Source: an uncultured Aliarcobacter sp. (lineage in GTDB: Bacteria > Campylobacterota > Campylobacteria > Campylobacterales > Arcobacteraceae). From it: 64,000 bases of DNA. The notes under the pieces were generated by a model. It worked only from the letters and a program-made list of their open reading frames with translations, ran no database searches and was not told where the DNA came from. This document shows positions 8,880 through 19,640 of this stretch, one piece after another. Where the stretch lies: positions 768,001-832,000 of the forward strand of contig CAXXLV010000001.1 in assembly GCA_963664305.2 (NCBI GenBank). The letters are read 5' to 3'. The number at the start of each line of letters is the position of its first letter. Position 1 is the first letter of the stretch. A program made the translations under genes and the position numbers.

Positions 8880-9776
8880 TTAAAATAAGAATTGATTATA
8901 TAAATCTTTATTTTTTGAGAAGATTTTATAAGTAACATTTTTATATTCAAATTCTAAATAATTTGCATGAAGCCATAAACGATGTGATTTTGTCACTGTA
9001 AATCTATCTTCTTCACTCAAAGTTTTATTTAGATAGTTTTCTGCATTTTCATCATCAACTCCATAAATTGGGTCACCTAAAATTGTATGACCAATAGAGT
9101 GAAGATGAACTCTTATTTGATGTTGTCTTCCTGTTAGTGGTAAAGCTTCAATTAGTGTTAAATCTTTTTCTTTATTATATTTGATAGGTTTTATAATTGT
9201 TATTGACTCTTTCCCCTCATCACAAACCATCATTCTAACCCCAATAGCTTTTCCTTCCCTATCAAGTCCTTTATTTATCGTTATCTCTTCTTTTATTTCA
9301 CCTTGAACAATTGCAAGATAAGATTTATGATATTTTTTCTCTTGGAACATTTCTTTTAAATCAATTTCACTTTGTTTATTTTTTCCTACAATTACAAGTC
9401 CAGAAGTTTCTGCATCAATTCTATGTATTAAATTTGCATTTTCACCAAAATGGAAACGAATTTCATCAAGTAAAGAGTACGGAGTATTTTTTGAAATTGG
9501 GTGCACCATCAGATTAGTTGGTTTATCAAAGATTGCAAAATCTCTAAACTCTAAAAGTGGCTTTAAACCTCTTGTTTCTCCTTCAAAAACGGCAATATAA
9601 ATATATTCAGTTGGAATACTTTCTCCTGAATTTATTGTATTCATATTCTCATCAAATATTCTTCCTTTTGATGTCAATCTCTGCCCTACTTTTGGGTCTA
9701 GTCCTAAATCTTGAATTAAAAATATTTGTATTTTTTTATCTTTAATTGCTTTGTGTTTTCTTAGTGTAAATGGCAA
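8880..9776 (-). CDS. RluA-family pseudouridine synthase
   Basis: HRIDAETSG, TGRQHQIRVH, GDPIYG and LHA motifs. Confidence 0.92.
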   Translation of the reverse strand: MPFTLRKHKAIKDKKIQIFLIQDLGLDPKVGQRLTSKGRIFDENMNTINSGESIPTEYIYIAVFEGETRGLKPLLEFRDFAIFDKPTNLMVHPISKNTPYSLLDEIRFHFGENANLIHRIDAETSGLVIVGKNKQSEIDLKEMFQEKKYHKSYLAIVQGEIKEEITINKGLDREGKAIGVRMMVCDEGKESITIIKPIKYNKEKDLTLIEALPLTGRQHQIRVHLHSIGHTILGDPIYGVDDENAENYLNKTLSEEDRFTVTKSHRLWLHANYLEFEYKNVTYKIFSKNKDLYNQFLF

Positions 9777-9922
9777 ATTTTTTCCCTATATTTTTTTGAA
9801 ATTCTGTTATTTTTTATTATATTTTTTATTTTAGATTTTGTCTTTTTAGATACAATATCATACTTAAATTAATAAAAAATTTTAATAAATTTTATAGAAA
9901 ATATGATTACAAGGGACATTAG

Positions 9923-11251
9923 ATGGTTGAAAGATACGCAAGAGAAGAAATGGCAAAGAATTGGACGCAACATGCAAGATATGCTGCATGGCTTGAAGTT
10001 GAAAAGGCTGCTGTAAAAGCTTGGAATAAACTAGGACTTATTCCTGATTCTGATTGTGAGAAGATTGTAAAAAATGCAACTTTTTCAGTTGAAAGAATCG
10101 AAGAAATCGAAGCTATTACAAAACATGATTTAATTGCTTTTAATACAAGTGTATCTGAATCATTAGGTGAAGAATCAAGATGGTTCCACTATGGTATGAC
10201 TTCATCAGACGCTGTTGATACAGGTGTTGCACTTCAAATGAGAGACTCTTTAAAAATTATTATTGAAGATGTAAAAATGCTGATGGAATCTATCAAAAAA
10301 AGAGCATTTGAACACAAAATGACTTTAATGGTAGGAAGAAGCCATGGTATTCATGGTGAGCCTATTACTTTTGGTTTAACATTAGCTGTTTGGTATGATG
10401 AAGTTGCAAGGCACTTAAAAAATTTAGAAGAGACAATGGATGTTATTGCTGTTGGTCAAATTTCAGGAGCTATGGGTAACTTTGCTCATGCACCACTTGA
10501 ATTAGAAGAGTATGCTATGGCAGAACTTGGTCTTAAACCAGAACCTTGTTCAAATCAAGTAATTCACAGAGATAGATATGCTAGACTTGCTACTGCTTTA
10601 GCATTATTAGCATCTTCTGTTGAAAAATTTGCAGTTCAAGTAAGACATTTACAAAGAACAGAAGTTTATGAGGCTGAAGAGTATTTTGCTAAAGGGCAAA
10701 AAGGGTCTTCTGCAATGCCACATAAAAGAAATCCTATTTTAACTGAAAATATCACTGGACTTGCAAGAATGATTAGAGCTTATGCAATTCCAGCTATGGA
10801 AAATGTTGCATTATGGCATGAAAGAGATATTTCTCACTCTTCAACTGAAAGATTTTGGTTACCAGATGCATTTATCACAACAGATTTCATGTTACACAGA
10901 ATGAATAGCGTTATTGCAAATTTAACTGTTATGCCTGAAAATATGATGAAAAACTTAAACTTAACTGGTGGATTAGTATTCTCTCAAAGAGTTTTATTAG
11001 AGTTACCACTTCAAGGTGTAAGTAGAGAAGATGCTTATAGAATTGTTCAAAGAAATGCTATGAAAGTTTGGGAAGAGATTCAAAAAGGAAAATCAACTAC
11101 AAATGAAAAAGGTGAATCTTTATATCTTCAATATCTATTAGCTGATGAAGAATTAAGAGCATCTTTAAGTGAAGAGCAAATTAGAGAGTGTTTTAACTTT
11201 GATTATTACACAAAAAATGTAGACGCTATTTTTAATAGAGTTTTTAAATAA
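9923..11251 (+). CDS. purB: adenylosuccinate lyase
   Basis: GSSAMPHKRNP signature, GRSHGIH, WHERDISHS. Confidence 0.97.
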   Translation: MVERYAREEMAKNWTQHARYAAWLEVEKAAVKAWNKLGLIPDSDCEKIVKNATFSVERIEEIEAITKHDLIAFNTSVSESLGEESRWFHYGMTSSDAVDTGVALQMRDSLKIIIEDVKMLMESIKKRAFEHKMTLMVGRSHGIHGEPITFGLTLAVWYDEVARHLKNLEETMDVIAVGQISGAMGNFAHAPLELEEYAMAELGLKPEPCSNQVIHRDRYARLATALALLASSVEKFAVQVRHLQRTEVYEAEEYFAKGQKGSSAMPHKRNPILTENITGLARMIRAYAIPAMENVALWHERDISHSSTERFWLPDAFITTDFMLHRMNSVIANLTVMPENMMKNLNLTGGLVFSQRVLLELPLQGVSREDAYRIVQRNAMKVWEEIQKGKSTTNEKGESLYLQYLLADEELRASLSEEQIRECFNFDYYTKNVDAIFNRVFK

Positions 11252-11265
11252 TAAGGTAGTATTTT

Positions 11266-13650
11266 ATGGGAATTATGATTCAAAAAAGAAATGGTCGTAA
11301 AGAAGTTTTAGATATTACTAAAATTCAAAAAATGACTATTGAGGCAACAGCTGATTTAGATGGTGTTAGTCAAAGTGAGTTAGAACTTGATGCTCAAATT
11401 AAATTTATTGATGGTATGAGTAGTTCAGATATCCAAGATGCTTTAATCAAAACAGCAGTTGAAAAAATAGATATTGATGTTCCAAATTGGACATTTGTAG
11501 CTGCTAGATTATTTGTTTTTGATTTATACCATAGAGTTGGAAAAGTAACTCATGGTATTAAAGGTGAGCCATATTGCCATTTAAGAGATTATTTAAAATA
11601 TGGAAAAGAAGCAGGAAGATTAATTCCTAGTCTTGGTGAAGGTTATGATTTAGATGATTTAAATGCATATATCAAACCAGAAAGAGACTTTTTATTTAAC
11701 TACTTAGGTATTAAAACTTTATACGATAGATACTTAATAAAAAATAGAAATGCAGAGCCAATAGAACTTCCTCAACAAATGTTCATGGCAATTGCTATGT
11801 TCTTAGCTCAAGATGAAAAAAATAAACAACAATGTGCAAAAGAGTTTTATGATGTTATTTCTAAATTTGAAGTAATGCTTGCAACTCCAACTCTATCAAA
11901 TGCAAGAACAAATAGACATCAATTATCATCTTGTTATATTGGTTCAAGTCCTGATAATATCGAAGGTATTTTTGATGGATACAAAGAGATGGCACTTCTA
12001 TCTAAATATGGTGGAGGAATTGGTTGGGATTGGAACCAAATCAGAGCTTTAGGTGGTGTTATTGATGACCATAAATCTGCTGCTGGTGGAACTGTACCAT
12101 TCTTAAAAATCACAAATGATATTGCAATTGCAGTTGACCAATTAGGTACAAGAAAAGGTGCGATTGCTGTTTATATGGAACCATGGCACATGGATATTGT
12201 AGATTTTGTTGATTTAAAGAAAAACTCTGGTGAAGAAAGAAGAAGAGCACACGATTTATTCCCTGCTCTTTGGATTACAGATTTATTTATGGAAAGAGTT
12301 TTAGAAGATTCTTACTGGACTTTATTTGACCCTTATGAAGTAAAAGATTTAAGTGAGTGTTTTGGTGATGAATTCAAAGCAAAATATATTGCTTATGAAA
12401 ATAATGAATCTATTACAAAAGACAGAATGAAAGCAAAAGATTTATGGAAAAAAATCTTAACTTCATATTTTGAAGTTGGAAGTCCATTCTTATGTTTCAA
12501 AGATAATGCAAATAGAGCAAATCCAAACTCTCATGTGGGACACATCAGAAGTTCAAATCTTTGTACAGAGATTTTTCAAAATACAAATCCTAACTACTAC
12601 AAAATCAGATTAGAGTTTGTAGATGGTTCTGTTCAAACTTTTGATGAAGAAGATTTAGTATTAGTTGATGGTGGAATTACTAAAAAAGCAAACAAAGTTT
12701 CTGCACTTGATAGTATCAATGGAAAAAGAGTATTTATAGTTGAAAAAGAAAAAATTGATGGAGATACAGCTGTTTGTAACTTAGCATCAGTTAACTTATC
12801 AAGAATTAATACAAAAGAGGACATCGAAAGAGTAGTTCCAATTGCTATTAGAATGCTTGATAATGTAATTGATTTAAATTTCTACCCACTTAAAAAAGTA
12901 AAAGTAACTAACCTAAAATCAAGAAGTATTGGTCTTGGAGTTATGGGTGAAGCTGAAATGTTAGCTGAATATAAACTAGCTTGGGGTTCAAATGAACACT
13001 TCAAAAAAATTGACCAAGTTATGGAAGCGATTTCATATAATGCAATTAAATCAAGTTCAGATTTAGCAATTGAAAAAGGTATTTATCCAACATTTGAAGG
13101 TTCAAAATGGTCACAAGGAATTATGCCACACGACCATGCTCCACAAGCAGTTAATGCACTTGTTGATAAAGACTTATTTGATACATCTTATGATTGGGAT
13201 GTATTAAGAGCAAAAGTTAAAAAAGATGGTATGAGAAATGGTTACTTAATGGCTGTTGCTCCTACTTCATCTATTTCAATTTTAGTTGGAACTACACAAG
13301 CTATTGAGCCAGTTTATAAAAGAAAATGGTTTGAAGAGAATTTATCAGGATTAATCCCAGTTGTTGTGCCAAAATTAAGTCCAGAGACTTGGCAATACTA
13401 TACTCCTGCATTTGAAATTGACCAATTACAAGTTATTAAAGCAGCTGCAATTAGACAAAAATGGATAGACCAAGGTCAATCTACAAATATTTTCATGAGC
13501 TTAGATAAAGCAAGTGGAAAATATTTACATGAGATTTATACATTAGCTTGGAAATTAGGACTTAAATCAACATATTATTTAAGAAGCCAATCACCAGAAG
13601 CAAAAAATGATGTAGAAGATAGAAGTATGGAGTGTTCAGGTTGTCAATAA
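11266..13650 (+). CDS. nrdA: class Ia ribonucleotide reductase alpha subunit
   Basis: N-terminal ATP cone, SSC, SNLCTEI, APTSSIS, STYYLR, C-terminal CxxC. Confidence 0.97.
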   Translation: MGIMIQKRNGRKEVLDITKIQKMTIEATADLDGVSQSELELDAQIKFIDGMSSSDIQDALIKTAVEKIDIDVPNWTFVAARLFVFDLYHRVGKVTHGIKGEPYCHLRDYLKYGKEAGRLIPSLGEGYDLDDLNAYIKPERDFLFNYLGIKTLYDRYLIKNRNAEPIELPQQMFMAIAMFLAQDEKNKQQCAKEFYDVISKFEVMLATPTLSNARTNRHQLSSCYIGSSPDNIEGIFDGYKEMALLSKYGGGIGWDWNQIRALGGVIDDHKSAAGGTVPFLKITNDIAIAVDQLGTRKGAIAVYMEPWHMDIVDFVDLKKNSGEERRRAHDLFPALWITDLFMERVLEDSYWTLFDPYEVKDLSECFGDEFKAKYIAYENNESITKDRMKAKDLWKKILTSYFEVGSPFLCFKDNANRANPNSHVGHIRSSNLCTEIFQNTNPNYYKIRLEFVDGSVQTFDEEDLVLVDGGITKKANKVSALDSINGKRVFIVEKEKIDGDTAVCNLASVNLSRINTKEDIERVVPIAIRMLDNVIDLNFYPLKKVKVTNLKSRSIGLGVMGEAEMLAEYKLAWGSNEHFKKIDQVMEAISYNAIKSSSDLAIEKGIYPTFEGSKWSQGIMPHDHAPQAVNALVDKDLFDTSYDWDVLRAKVKKDGMRNGYLMAVAPTSSISILVGTTQAIEPVYKRKWFEENLSGLIPVVVPKLSPETWQYYTPAFEIDQLQVIKAAAIRQKWIDQGQSTNIFMSLDKASGKYLHEIYTLAWKLGLKSTYYLRSQSPEAKNDVEDRSMECSGCQ

Positions 13651-13727
13651 GATAACCTTACATTCTTTTTATACGAATAAATTTATAAATACAATAAAAT
13701 TTTAGAAAAAAAGCAAAGGACTTCTGA

Positions 13728-14747
13728 ATGGATAGAAAAACCATATATAACCCAGACTCAAAAGAGAGTTTAAACGATAGAAAAGTTTTTGGTGGAAATA
13801 GTGATGGAATGATTAACTTCACAAGAATGAAATATCAATGGGCATTGAATTTATGGGACACAATGGAAGCAAATACTTGGTTTCCAAGAGAAGTTCAAAT
13901 GACAGGTGATGCAAAAGATTATAAGTTTTTAACACCTGCTGAAAAAAGAATGTATGATTTAGTTTTATCTCAACTAATTTTTATGGATTCTTTACAAACA
14001 AATAACCTAATGGATAATATAAATCCATATATCACAGCTCCTGAAATAAATGCTTGTTTATCAAGACAATCTTATGAAGAAGCAAATCATAGTAAATCTT
14101 ATGCAGTTATGGTTGAGTCTATTTCTGATAATACAGATTTGATTTATGATATGTGGAAAAATGATGCTAAATTAAGAGAAAAAAATACATATATCGCTGA
14201 AGTTTATAAAAATCTTTCAGGTGAGATAAATGACCAAAAAATTCTTTTAGCACTTTTTGCAAATCAGATTTTAGAAGGTTTATATTTTTATGCAGGATTT
14301 GCTGCTATTTATGCCCTTGGAAAATCAGGAAAAATGCTTGGTTCTTCACAAATGATTAGATTTATTCAAAGAGATGAAGTAACGCATTTATTATTGTTCC
14401 AAAACATGATTAATAGTGTTAGAAAAGAAAGACCAGACTTATTTACAGAAGAAGTAGAAGAAACTGTAAGAGCTATGTTTAGAAAGGCTGTAGAGCTTGA
14501 ATCATCTTGGGGAGCATATATCACTCAAGGACAAATTCTTGGATTTACAGATGGAATTATCAAACAATATATTCAATACTTAGCAGATAGAAGACTTGAA
14601 GCTGTAGGATATAAACCAGAATACAATGTAAAACACCCAATTCCATGGGTTGATGGTTATGCATCTTTCAATGACCAAAGAACGAATTTCTTTGAAGGGA
14701 ATGTTGTAAACTACTCAAAAGGTTCGATAGACTTCGACGATTTTTAA
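13728..14747 (+). CDS. nrdB: class Ia ribonucleotide reductase beta subunit
   Basis: [15 protein letters not shown] (radical Tyr), ILEG, RDEVTH, NFFE..V..Y. Confidence 0.96.
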   Translation: MDRKTIYNPDSKESLNDRKVFGGNSDGMINFTRMKYQWALNLWDTMEANTWFPREVQMTGDAKDYKFLTPAEKRMYDLVLSQLIFMDSLQTNNLMDNINPYITAPEINACLSRQSYEEANHSKSYAVMVESISDNTDLIYDMWKNDAKLREKNTYIAEVYKNLSGEINDQKILLALFANQILEGLYFYAGFAAIYALGKSGKMLGSSQMIRFIQRDEVTHLLLFQNMINSVRKERPDLFTEEVEETVRAMFRKAVELESSWGAYITQGQILGFTDGIIKQYIQYLADRRLEAVGYKPEYNVKHPIPWVDGYASFNDQRTNFFEGNVVNYSKGSIDFDDF

Positions 14748-14773
14748 AAAAGAGTTTTATAAAGCTCTTTTTT
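14746..14773 (+). terminator. intrinsic terminator after nrdB
   Basis: AAAAAAGAGTTT-tat-AAAGCTCTTTTTT inverted repeat with T-run. Confidence 0.7.
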
Positions 14774-14865
14774 GAGATTTCTGCGTTATCGCAGAAATTT
14801 TCTTCTCACTTACTACTCGTAAGCTCCTACAAAAATTTCTACTCTTGCATTGAACTATCAAAAAA
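14768..14865. repeat. nested-hairpin intergenic element, REP/MITE-like (single copy in window)
   Basis: ATTTCTGCG-ttat-CGCAGAAAT perfect stem; CTTAC-tactc-GTAAG stem inside AGAAATTTT...AAAATTTCT; outer TTTTTTGA...TCAAAAAA; GC-rich relative to flanks. Confidence 0.5.
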
Positions 14866-14925
14866 TAACTAATATAAAAATCTTTTTTGTTATAATTTAA
14901 TAAACTACTTTAAAGATAAATATAC

Positions 14926-15528
14926 ATGGATACACAAATTACAACAGAGACTTTAAAAGAAATTTCTGAAAGATATGAACTCTATAAAGATATTGTAAAA
15001 ATAGGTTTAGGAGCATTAATTGGAGCAGTTGCTTCATTAATTACAATTTTTATAAAAAATAAGCATGAATTCAGAAAAATGGATAAGGAATATGAAAATC
15101 AGAATGATAAACATAAGTTAGAAATAAAAGTAAAAATATTAGAAGATTGCATAGAATTGACAAATACATTTTTTAATGTTGAATATAAATTAAGAAATAA
15201 TCTGTACAGATTAAGACGTACTAATAAATTTTACAAAGAATTGAATGATAACCAAAAAAAAGAATTAGCAAATACAGAAGAATTTAGTTTGATAATTACA
15301 AATATATCAATAATTGTTCGAAAACTTAGAATGATTGGGGCAAATTCAATAGCAGATTGTTTATATAGCTACTATAATTCAATTCATGAACTTAGAGAAG
15401 ATATATTAATGAGTAGAAAAAGAATAAATTTTTCTGAAGAAGAATGGAAAATATTTAATAATAAATTTATTTCAGAGAAAAGATGTTATGACAATTTATT
15501 ACATGAGTTTTTTAGCCAATTAAAATAA
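14926..15528 (+). CDS. hypothetical single-TM protein (orphan)
   Basis: IVKIGLGALIGAVASLITIFI TM segment then helical soluble domain; many ATA codons; TATAAT upstream. Confidence 0.7.
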   Translation: MDTQITTETLKEISERYELYKDIVKIGLGALIGAVASLITIFIKNKHEFRKMDKEYENQNDKHKLEIKVKILEDCIELTNTFFNVEYKLRNNLYRLRRTNKFYKELNDNQKKELANTEEFSLIITNISIIVRKLRMIGANSIADCLYSYYNSIHELREDILMSRKRINFSEEEWKIFNNKFISEKRCYDNLLHEFFSQLK

Positions 15529-15664
15529 AATCTAGCTTTTGTTAAGACAGAGGATTAAGAATAAAGATATGTAACTAAATAGATTGAAATAATTACACTT
15601 TTTACATTTTAAACTCCCTCTAAACTCATTTTGTTAAACTTTATTCTTTTGATTGGAGAAAATA

Positions 15665-16096
15665 ATGTTAACACAAAATATAATGCCAAGATTTAGCGAA
15701 ACAGACGCTTTAGGACATATAAATAATAATACTTATGGAGTTTGGTTTGAAGCGGCACGAGAGCCAATATACAAACTATTTTTACCAAACTTAGACGTAA
15801 AAAAATGGAACTTAGTTATGGCTCACAGTTCAAATGACTTTTTAAAAGAGGTTTTTTGGGGTGATGAAGTGGTTGTAAAAACAGCAGTTTCAAAGATAGG
15901 AAATTCATCTTTTGAACTAAAACATGCTGTTTATCAAAAAGGTATTTTATGTACCTCATCAAAAACAGTTTTAATTCACTATAACTTTTCTACAAAAATG
16001 GCTATAAAAATTCCTGATGAAATAAAAGCAAGATTAGAAAAACATCTTTTCAATGATAACTGGACAGCAACTTTAGATGAATTAGAACTAATGTAA
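15665..16096 (+). CDS. acyl-CoA thioesterase (hotdog fold, 4HBT/YbgC/FadM-like)
   Basis: PRFSETDALGHINN..Y..WFE.AR motif; GGAG SD before ATG 15665. Confidence 0.88.
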   Translation: MLTQNIMPRFSETDALGHINNNTYGVWFEAAREPIYKLFLPNLDVKKWNLVMAHSSNDFLKEVFWGDEVVVKTAVSKIGNSSFELKHAVYQKGILCTSSKTVLIHYNFSTKMAIKIPDEIKARLEKHLFNDNWTATLDELELM

Positions 16097-16109
16097 AAGA
16101 GCCTCTCTT

Positions 16110-17825
16110 TTACATGTTTACTTGTATTTGATTTCTACCTTTGTTTTTAGCCTTATAAAGTGCTATATCAGCACGAGAAATTACATCTTCTATACTTACA
16201 TCTGTTTCTTTTAAAGAATCAATTCCTCCACTTATAGTGAAGAATAGATTTATCTGATTTGTAATAAAAGGATTTGTTTCTCTTTCTTCTCTGATTTTAT
16301 TAGCTACGATAAAGGCTTGTTCTTTTGTAGTATTTGGAAGAAGTATAACAAACTCTTCTCCTCCAACACGACTTATGATATCTGATTGTCTATGTTTTTT
16401 TAATTGACTTGCAAACTCGATAATTACTTTGTCCCCTACTTTATGACCATAGGTGTCATTTATTATTTTGAAATTATCAATATCAAAGATGATTAAACTA
16501 AGAGGTTGGTTTTCTCTTTTTGATAAATAAATCAATTTTTTACTAATCTCATATAAAAATCTTCTATTGTATAGATTTGTCATAGAGTCTGTATTTGCTA
16601 AATGTTTCAGTTTTTCTTTTGACTCTTCTAGTTCTTTTGTTCTCTCTTTTATCTTTATTTCTAAATCATCTTTAGAGGATTGAAGTATATATAACTTCTC
16701 CTCTTCCAAAAGTTTTATTCTATATGCTAAAGCTAAAGAGAATAAAATAATCTCAAATAATGACCCGATTATAATTCCATGTCTTGAGATGTTTGAATAT
16801 TCAAGATAACCATACGCAGATAATGAAAAAAGAGTTGATAAACTCAAATAAGGTACTTGTGCCATCAAATAAAATCTTGCTATTTTATTTCTATTTTCTA
16901 AGCTTTTAAAACCAACAAAAAGTAAAAAAGGTATTGTGATACTAGCTAATGCATTAATTGCAGGAATAACTACTTTAAAATCAATTAGTGCTATGAATGT
17001 AAATATCATAAAAACAATTGCAATAGATTTTAGAATAAAATCAATTTTGGGTAGATTTGATTTTGTATCTAAAATTGACCTACTAAATTGGGTCATAAAT
17101 CCAAGCATCAATGGAATAGAACTTGATAATATATAAAAATTTTCTTTATTTAAAAATGCATTTGTTGGTGGAATAGCATTCATAATTATTTGCCAAATAA
17201 GAAAAGATGAAACATAAAGGACATAATATAAATAAGCTATATCATTACCGTATAAATAAATTACAAAATTGTATAAAATCAACGCAATTATCGCACCAAA
17301 AATAAATATATAAAAGATATTGTGTTTATATATATCTTTTTCAAAACTTAAATCATCATGCAACTCAAACGAGATAAATAGTGGATATATAGATTCTATT
17401 TTTATGTAAATAGTTTTTAGTTCATTTTCTTCTAAAGTTAGATTTACTTTTGGAAGAGATGGAAGTTGTCCAACAAAAATTTGTTTTGTTTCTAAATCAG
17501 ATTTTTCATATATCTCTACATTATCTAAATATGATTCAGAAATTACTAGATTTGTATTTTTTGTTTGAAAAGTTTCATTTTTTATTAATATTTTATACCA
17601 AAAGGTAGAACCTGTGATATATCCATTACTTATCTTATTTGAAACTTTTTTAAAAGTATCAATCTTTTCTATATCTTGGATATTTAGGCTATTTGATTTA
17701 TCTTCAAATTCATAAATAGGAAAATCATGATACGATACTTTTTTATCATTCAATTTTACAAAATCATCGGCATGTATTAATGTAAAAAAGAATAATAAAA
17801 TAAGTATCAGTCTGTGTTTATTCAT
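16110..17825 (-). CDS. diguanylate cyclase with 7TM-DISM sensor
   Basis: Signal peptide, extracytoplasmic DISMED2-like domain, ~7 TM, DSMTNLYNRR, DIDNFK, RVGGEEF, RADIALYKAK. Confidence 0.9.
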   Translation of the reverse strand: MNKHRLILILLFFFTLIHADDFVKLNDKKVSYHDFPIYEFEDKSNSLNIQDIEKIDTFKKVSNKISNGYITGSTFWYKILIKNETFQTKNTNLVISESYLDNVEIYEKSDLETKQIFVGQLPSLPKVNLTLEENELKTIYIKIESIYPLFISFELHDDLSFEKDIYKHNIFYIFIFGAIIALILYNFVIYLYGNDIAYLYYVLYVSSFLIWQIIMNAIPPTNAFLNKENFYILSSSIPLMLGFMTQFSRSILDTKSNLPKIDFILKSIAIVFMIFTFIALIDFKVVIPAINALASITIPFLLFVGFKSLENRNKIARFYLMAQVPYLSLSTLFSLSAYGYLEYSNISRHGIIIGSLFEIILFSLALAYRIKLLEEEKLYILQSSKDDLEIKIKERTKELEESKEKLKHLANTDSMTNLYNRRFLYEISKKLIYLSKRENQPLSLIIFDIDNFKIINDTYGHKVGDKVIIEFASQLKKHRQSDIISRVGGEEFVILLPNTTKEQAFIVANKIREERETNPFITNQINLFFTISGGIDSLKETDVSIEDVISRADIALYKAKNKGRNQIQVNM

Positions 17826-17828
17826 CTA

Positions 17829-18557
17829 TTATTTAAATGTCTCTTCTAAAACTTCTGTAAATCTTTTCCAAGATTTTTTATCTGCATCTTCCCTATAACT
17901 TTTTGCTCCAAATACTGTAAAAGCATGAGGTGCTCCACTATAAGTTATCATTTCATGGTTAAGTCCAGTTTTTTCTAGTTCTACTGCTAAATCAGCAAAT
18001 TCACTAAAAGGTACAACTGTATCTGCACTTCCATGGAAAACTACAATTTTCCCTTTTGTGTTTTTATAATCTTCTCCTGCTGGTGTTGCTAGATTTCCAT
18101 GGAAAGGAACAAATGCTTTTAAATCAGCTCCACTTCTTGCCATCTCTAAAATAGAACTTCCACCAAAACAATAACCCATTCCTAAAGAATTAGTTGTATT
18201 AAGTCCTAGTTTTTTTGCCTCTTCAAAACCTGCATTTAATCTTTTTCTCATCTCTTCTCTATTATCATATAAAGATTTTGTCATCGCTTTTTTATCTGCT
18301 AGTTCGGTTGGACGAATACCTTTTCCATATAAATCAACTGCAAAAACTGAATAACCTAAATCTTTTAACATAGAAGCTCTTTTTATTTCATAATCAGTAA
18401 TTCCATCCCAATCATGAACCATATAGACTAATGGAGCATTTTTTGATGCAGTTACATAGTAACCTTCATAATCTTTTCCATCAATTTTATAAGTAATATT
18501 CCCATCTGCAAAAGCAAGTGAGGCTAAAGTAACCATAGATAAAACAAATTTTTTCAT
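17829..18557 (-). CDS. periplasmic dienelactone hydrolase family protein
   Basis: Signal peptide; HDWDG, GYCFGG, HGSAD and HAF motifs. Confidence 0.9.
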   Translation of the reverse strand: MKKFVLSMVTLASLAFADGNITYKIDGKDYEGYYVTASKNAPLVYMVHDWDGITDYEIKRASMLKDLGYSVFAVDLYGKGIRPTELADKKAMTKSLYDNREEMRKRLNAGFEEAKKLGLNTTNSLGMGYCFGGSSILEMARSGADLKAFVPFHGNLATPAGEDYKNTKGKIVVFHGSADTVVPFSEFADLAVELEKTGLNHEMITYSGAPHAFTVFGAKSYREDADKKSWKRFTEVLEETFK

Positions 18558-18566
18558 TTATTTTCC

Positions 18567-19061
18567 TCATTTTAATTCTAATTCTTCTTTGTGGAAGAAA
18601 CTATTAATTCCATTGAATCCTTCTAAAAAGTATAAGTAGTGATTTACTTGATAGATTTCTTCTTCACTAACTTTTCCTTTAAGGCTTGGCATAGTTTTAA
18701 AATGTCTTATTACACCTTCTAAACAGATAGTTTTTGCTCTATCTGGATTAAATAGATAATCTTTCATAAACTCTTCTGTTTGATGGAGTTGAAACTCTAT
18801 ATCATCTCTATGACCGATTTGTTGTTTTAATCTAAAAGAGATTTCATTTCCAGTTGGAGCTTTTAGATTTAACAGTTTATTATTTTCTTCTATAAAATTT
18901 TTCATTAAAAGTGGAATATCCATATATTTTTCATGGCATTCCATACATTTTTTTTCAAAAACTTTTTCACCTTTTTCGTAAAGAAGTTTATCAAATTCTT
19001 CAGGAACTTCTGAAGCAAAAACAGCACTTAAAAACACCAATAAACTTACTATTGTTTTCAT
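18567..19061 (-). CDS. monoheme c-type cytochrome
   Basis: Signal peptide, CMECH heme motif, distal MP; SD AAGGAG before ATG 19061. Confidence 0.82.
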   Translation of the reverse strand: MKTIVSLLVFLSAVFASEVPEEFDKLLYEKGEKVFEKKCMECHEKYMDIPLLMKNFIEENNKLLNLKAPTGNEISFRLKQQIGHRDDIEFQLHQTEEFMKDYLFNPDRAKTICLEGVIRHFKTMPSLKGKVSEEEIYQVNHYLYFLEGFNGINSFFHKEELELK

Positions 19062-19147
19062 TGTAACTCCTTTTTTTAATTCTATCACAAAAAAATAGTT
19101 TCAAATAAATTTTTTCGATAAAATTATAAAAACAAAAAAGAGGATAT

Positions 19148-19618
19148 ATGGCCTTAGAAATAGAAAGAAAATACCTTGTAGATTTTGAAAAACTTGGAAC
19201 TTTAGAAAATGGAAATAGAATAAAACAAGGTTATTTATCAACAAATAAAGATGCAGTTGTTCGAGTGCGAGTAAAAAATGATAAAGCATATTTAACTATA
19301 AAAGGTTCAAACATTGGAGCAACTAGATTGGAATTTGAATATGAAATACCACTAGATGAAGCAAATGAAATGCTTGATAAACTTTGTCAAAAACCAGTTA
19401 TTGATAAAACAAGATATTTGATAGATTATGAAAATCATACTTTTGAACTTGATATTTTTTATGGTGACAATGATGGTTTAGTTGTTGCAGAAGTTGAACT
19501 TTTAGATGAAAATGAAACTATAAAACTTCCTTCTTGGATAAAAGAAGAAGTTACATCAGATGAAAGATATTACAACTCAAATTTGATGAAAAATCCATAT
19601 AAAAACTGGAAGAAATAA
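19148..19618 (+). CDS. CYTH domain protein (inorganic triphosphatase / adenylate cyclase-like)
   Basis: EIERKYL, RVR, LTIKG, EFEY, AEVEL, RYYNSNL. Confidence 0.9.
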   Translation: MALEIERKYLVDFEKLGTLENGNRIKQGYLSTNKDAVVRVRVKNDKAYLTIKGSNIGATRLEFEYEIPLDEANEMLDKLCQKPVIDKTRYLIDYENHTFELDIFYGDNDGLVVAEVELLDENETIKLPSWIKEEVTSDERYYNSNLMKNPYKNWKK

Positions 19619-19640
19619 AGAGAATAAATTCTCTTTATTT
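19613..19640. terminator. bidirectional terminator between the CYTH gene and hcp
   Basis: AAATAAAGAGAAT-aa-ATTCTCTTTATTT perfect inverted repeat between convergent genes. Confidence 0.75.

Noticed and set aside
12580..12770. Insert after SNLCTEI in NrdA as a possible intein or intron
   Set aside because: Only ~60 aa, with no C/S...HN splice motifs or endonuclease motifs; resembles the usual Campylobacterota NrdA insert
14768..15560. Orphan gene plus hairpin as an integron cassette
   Set aside because: No RYYYAAC/GTTRRRY attC ends after the gene and no integrase in the window
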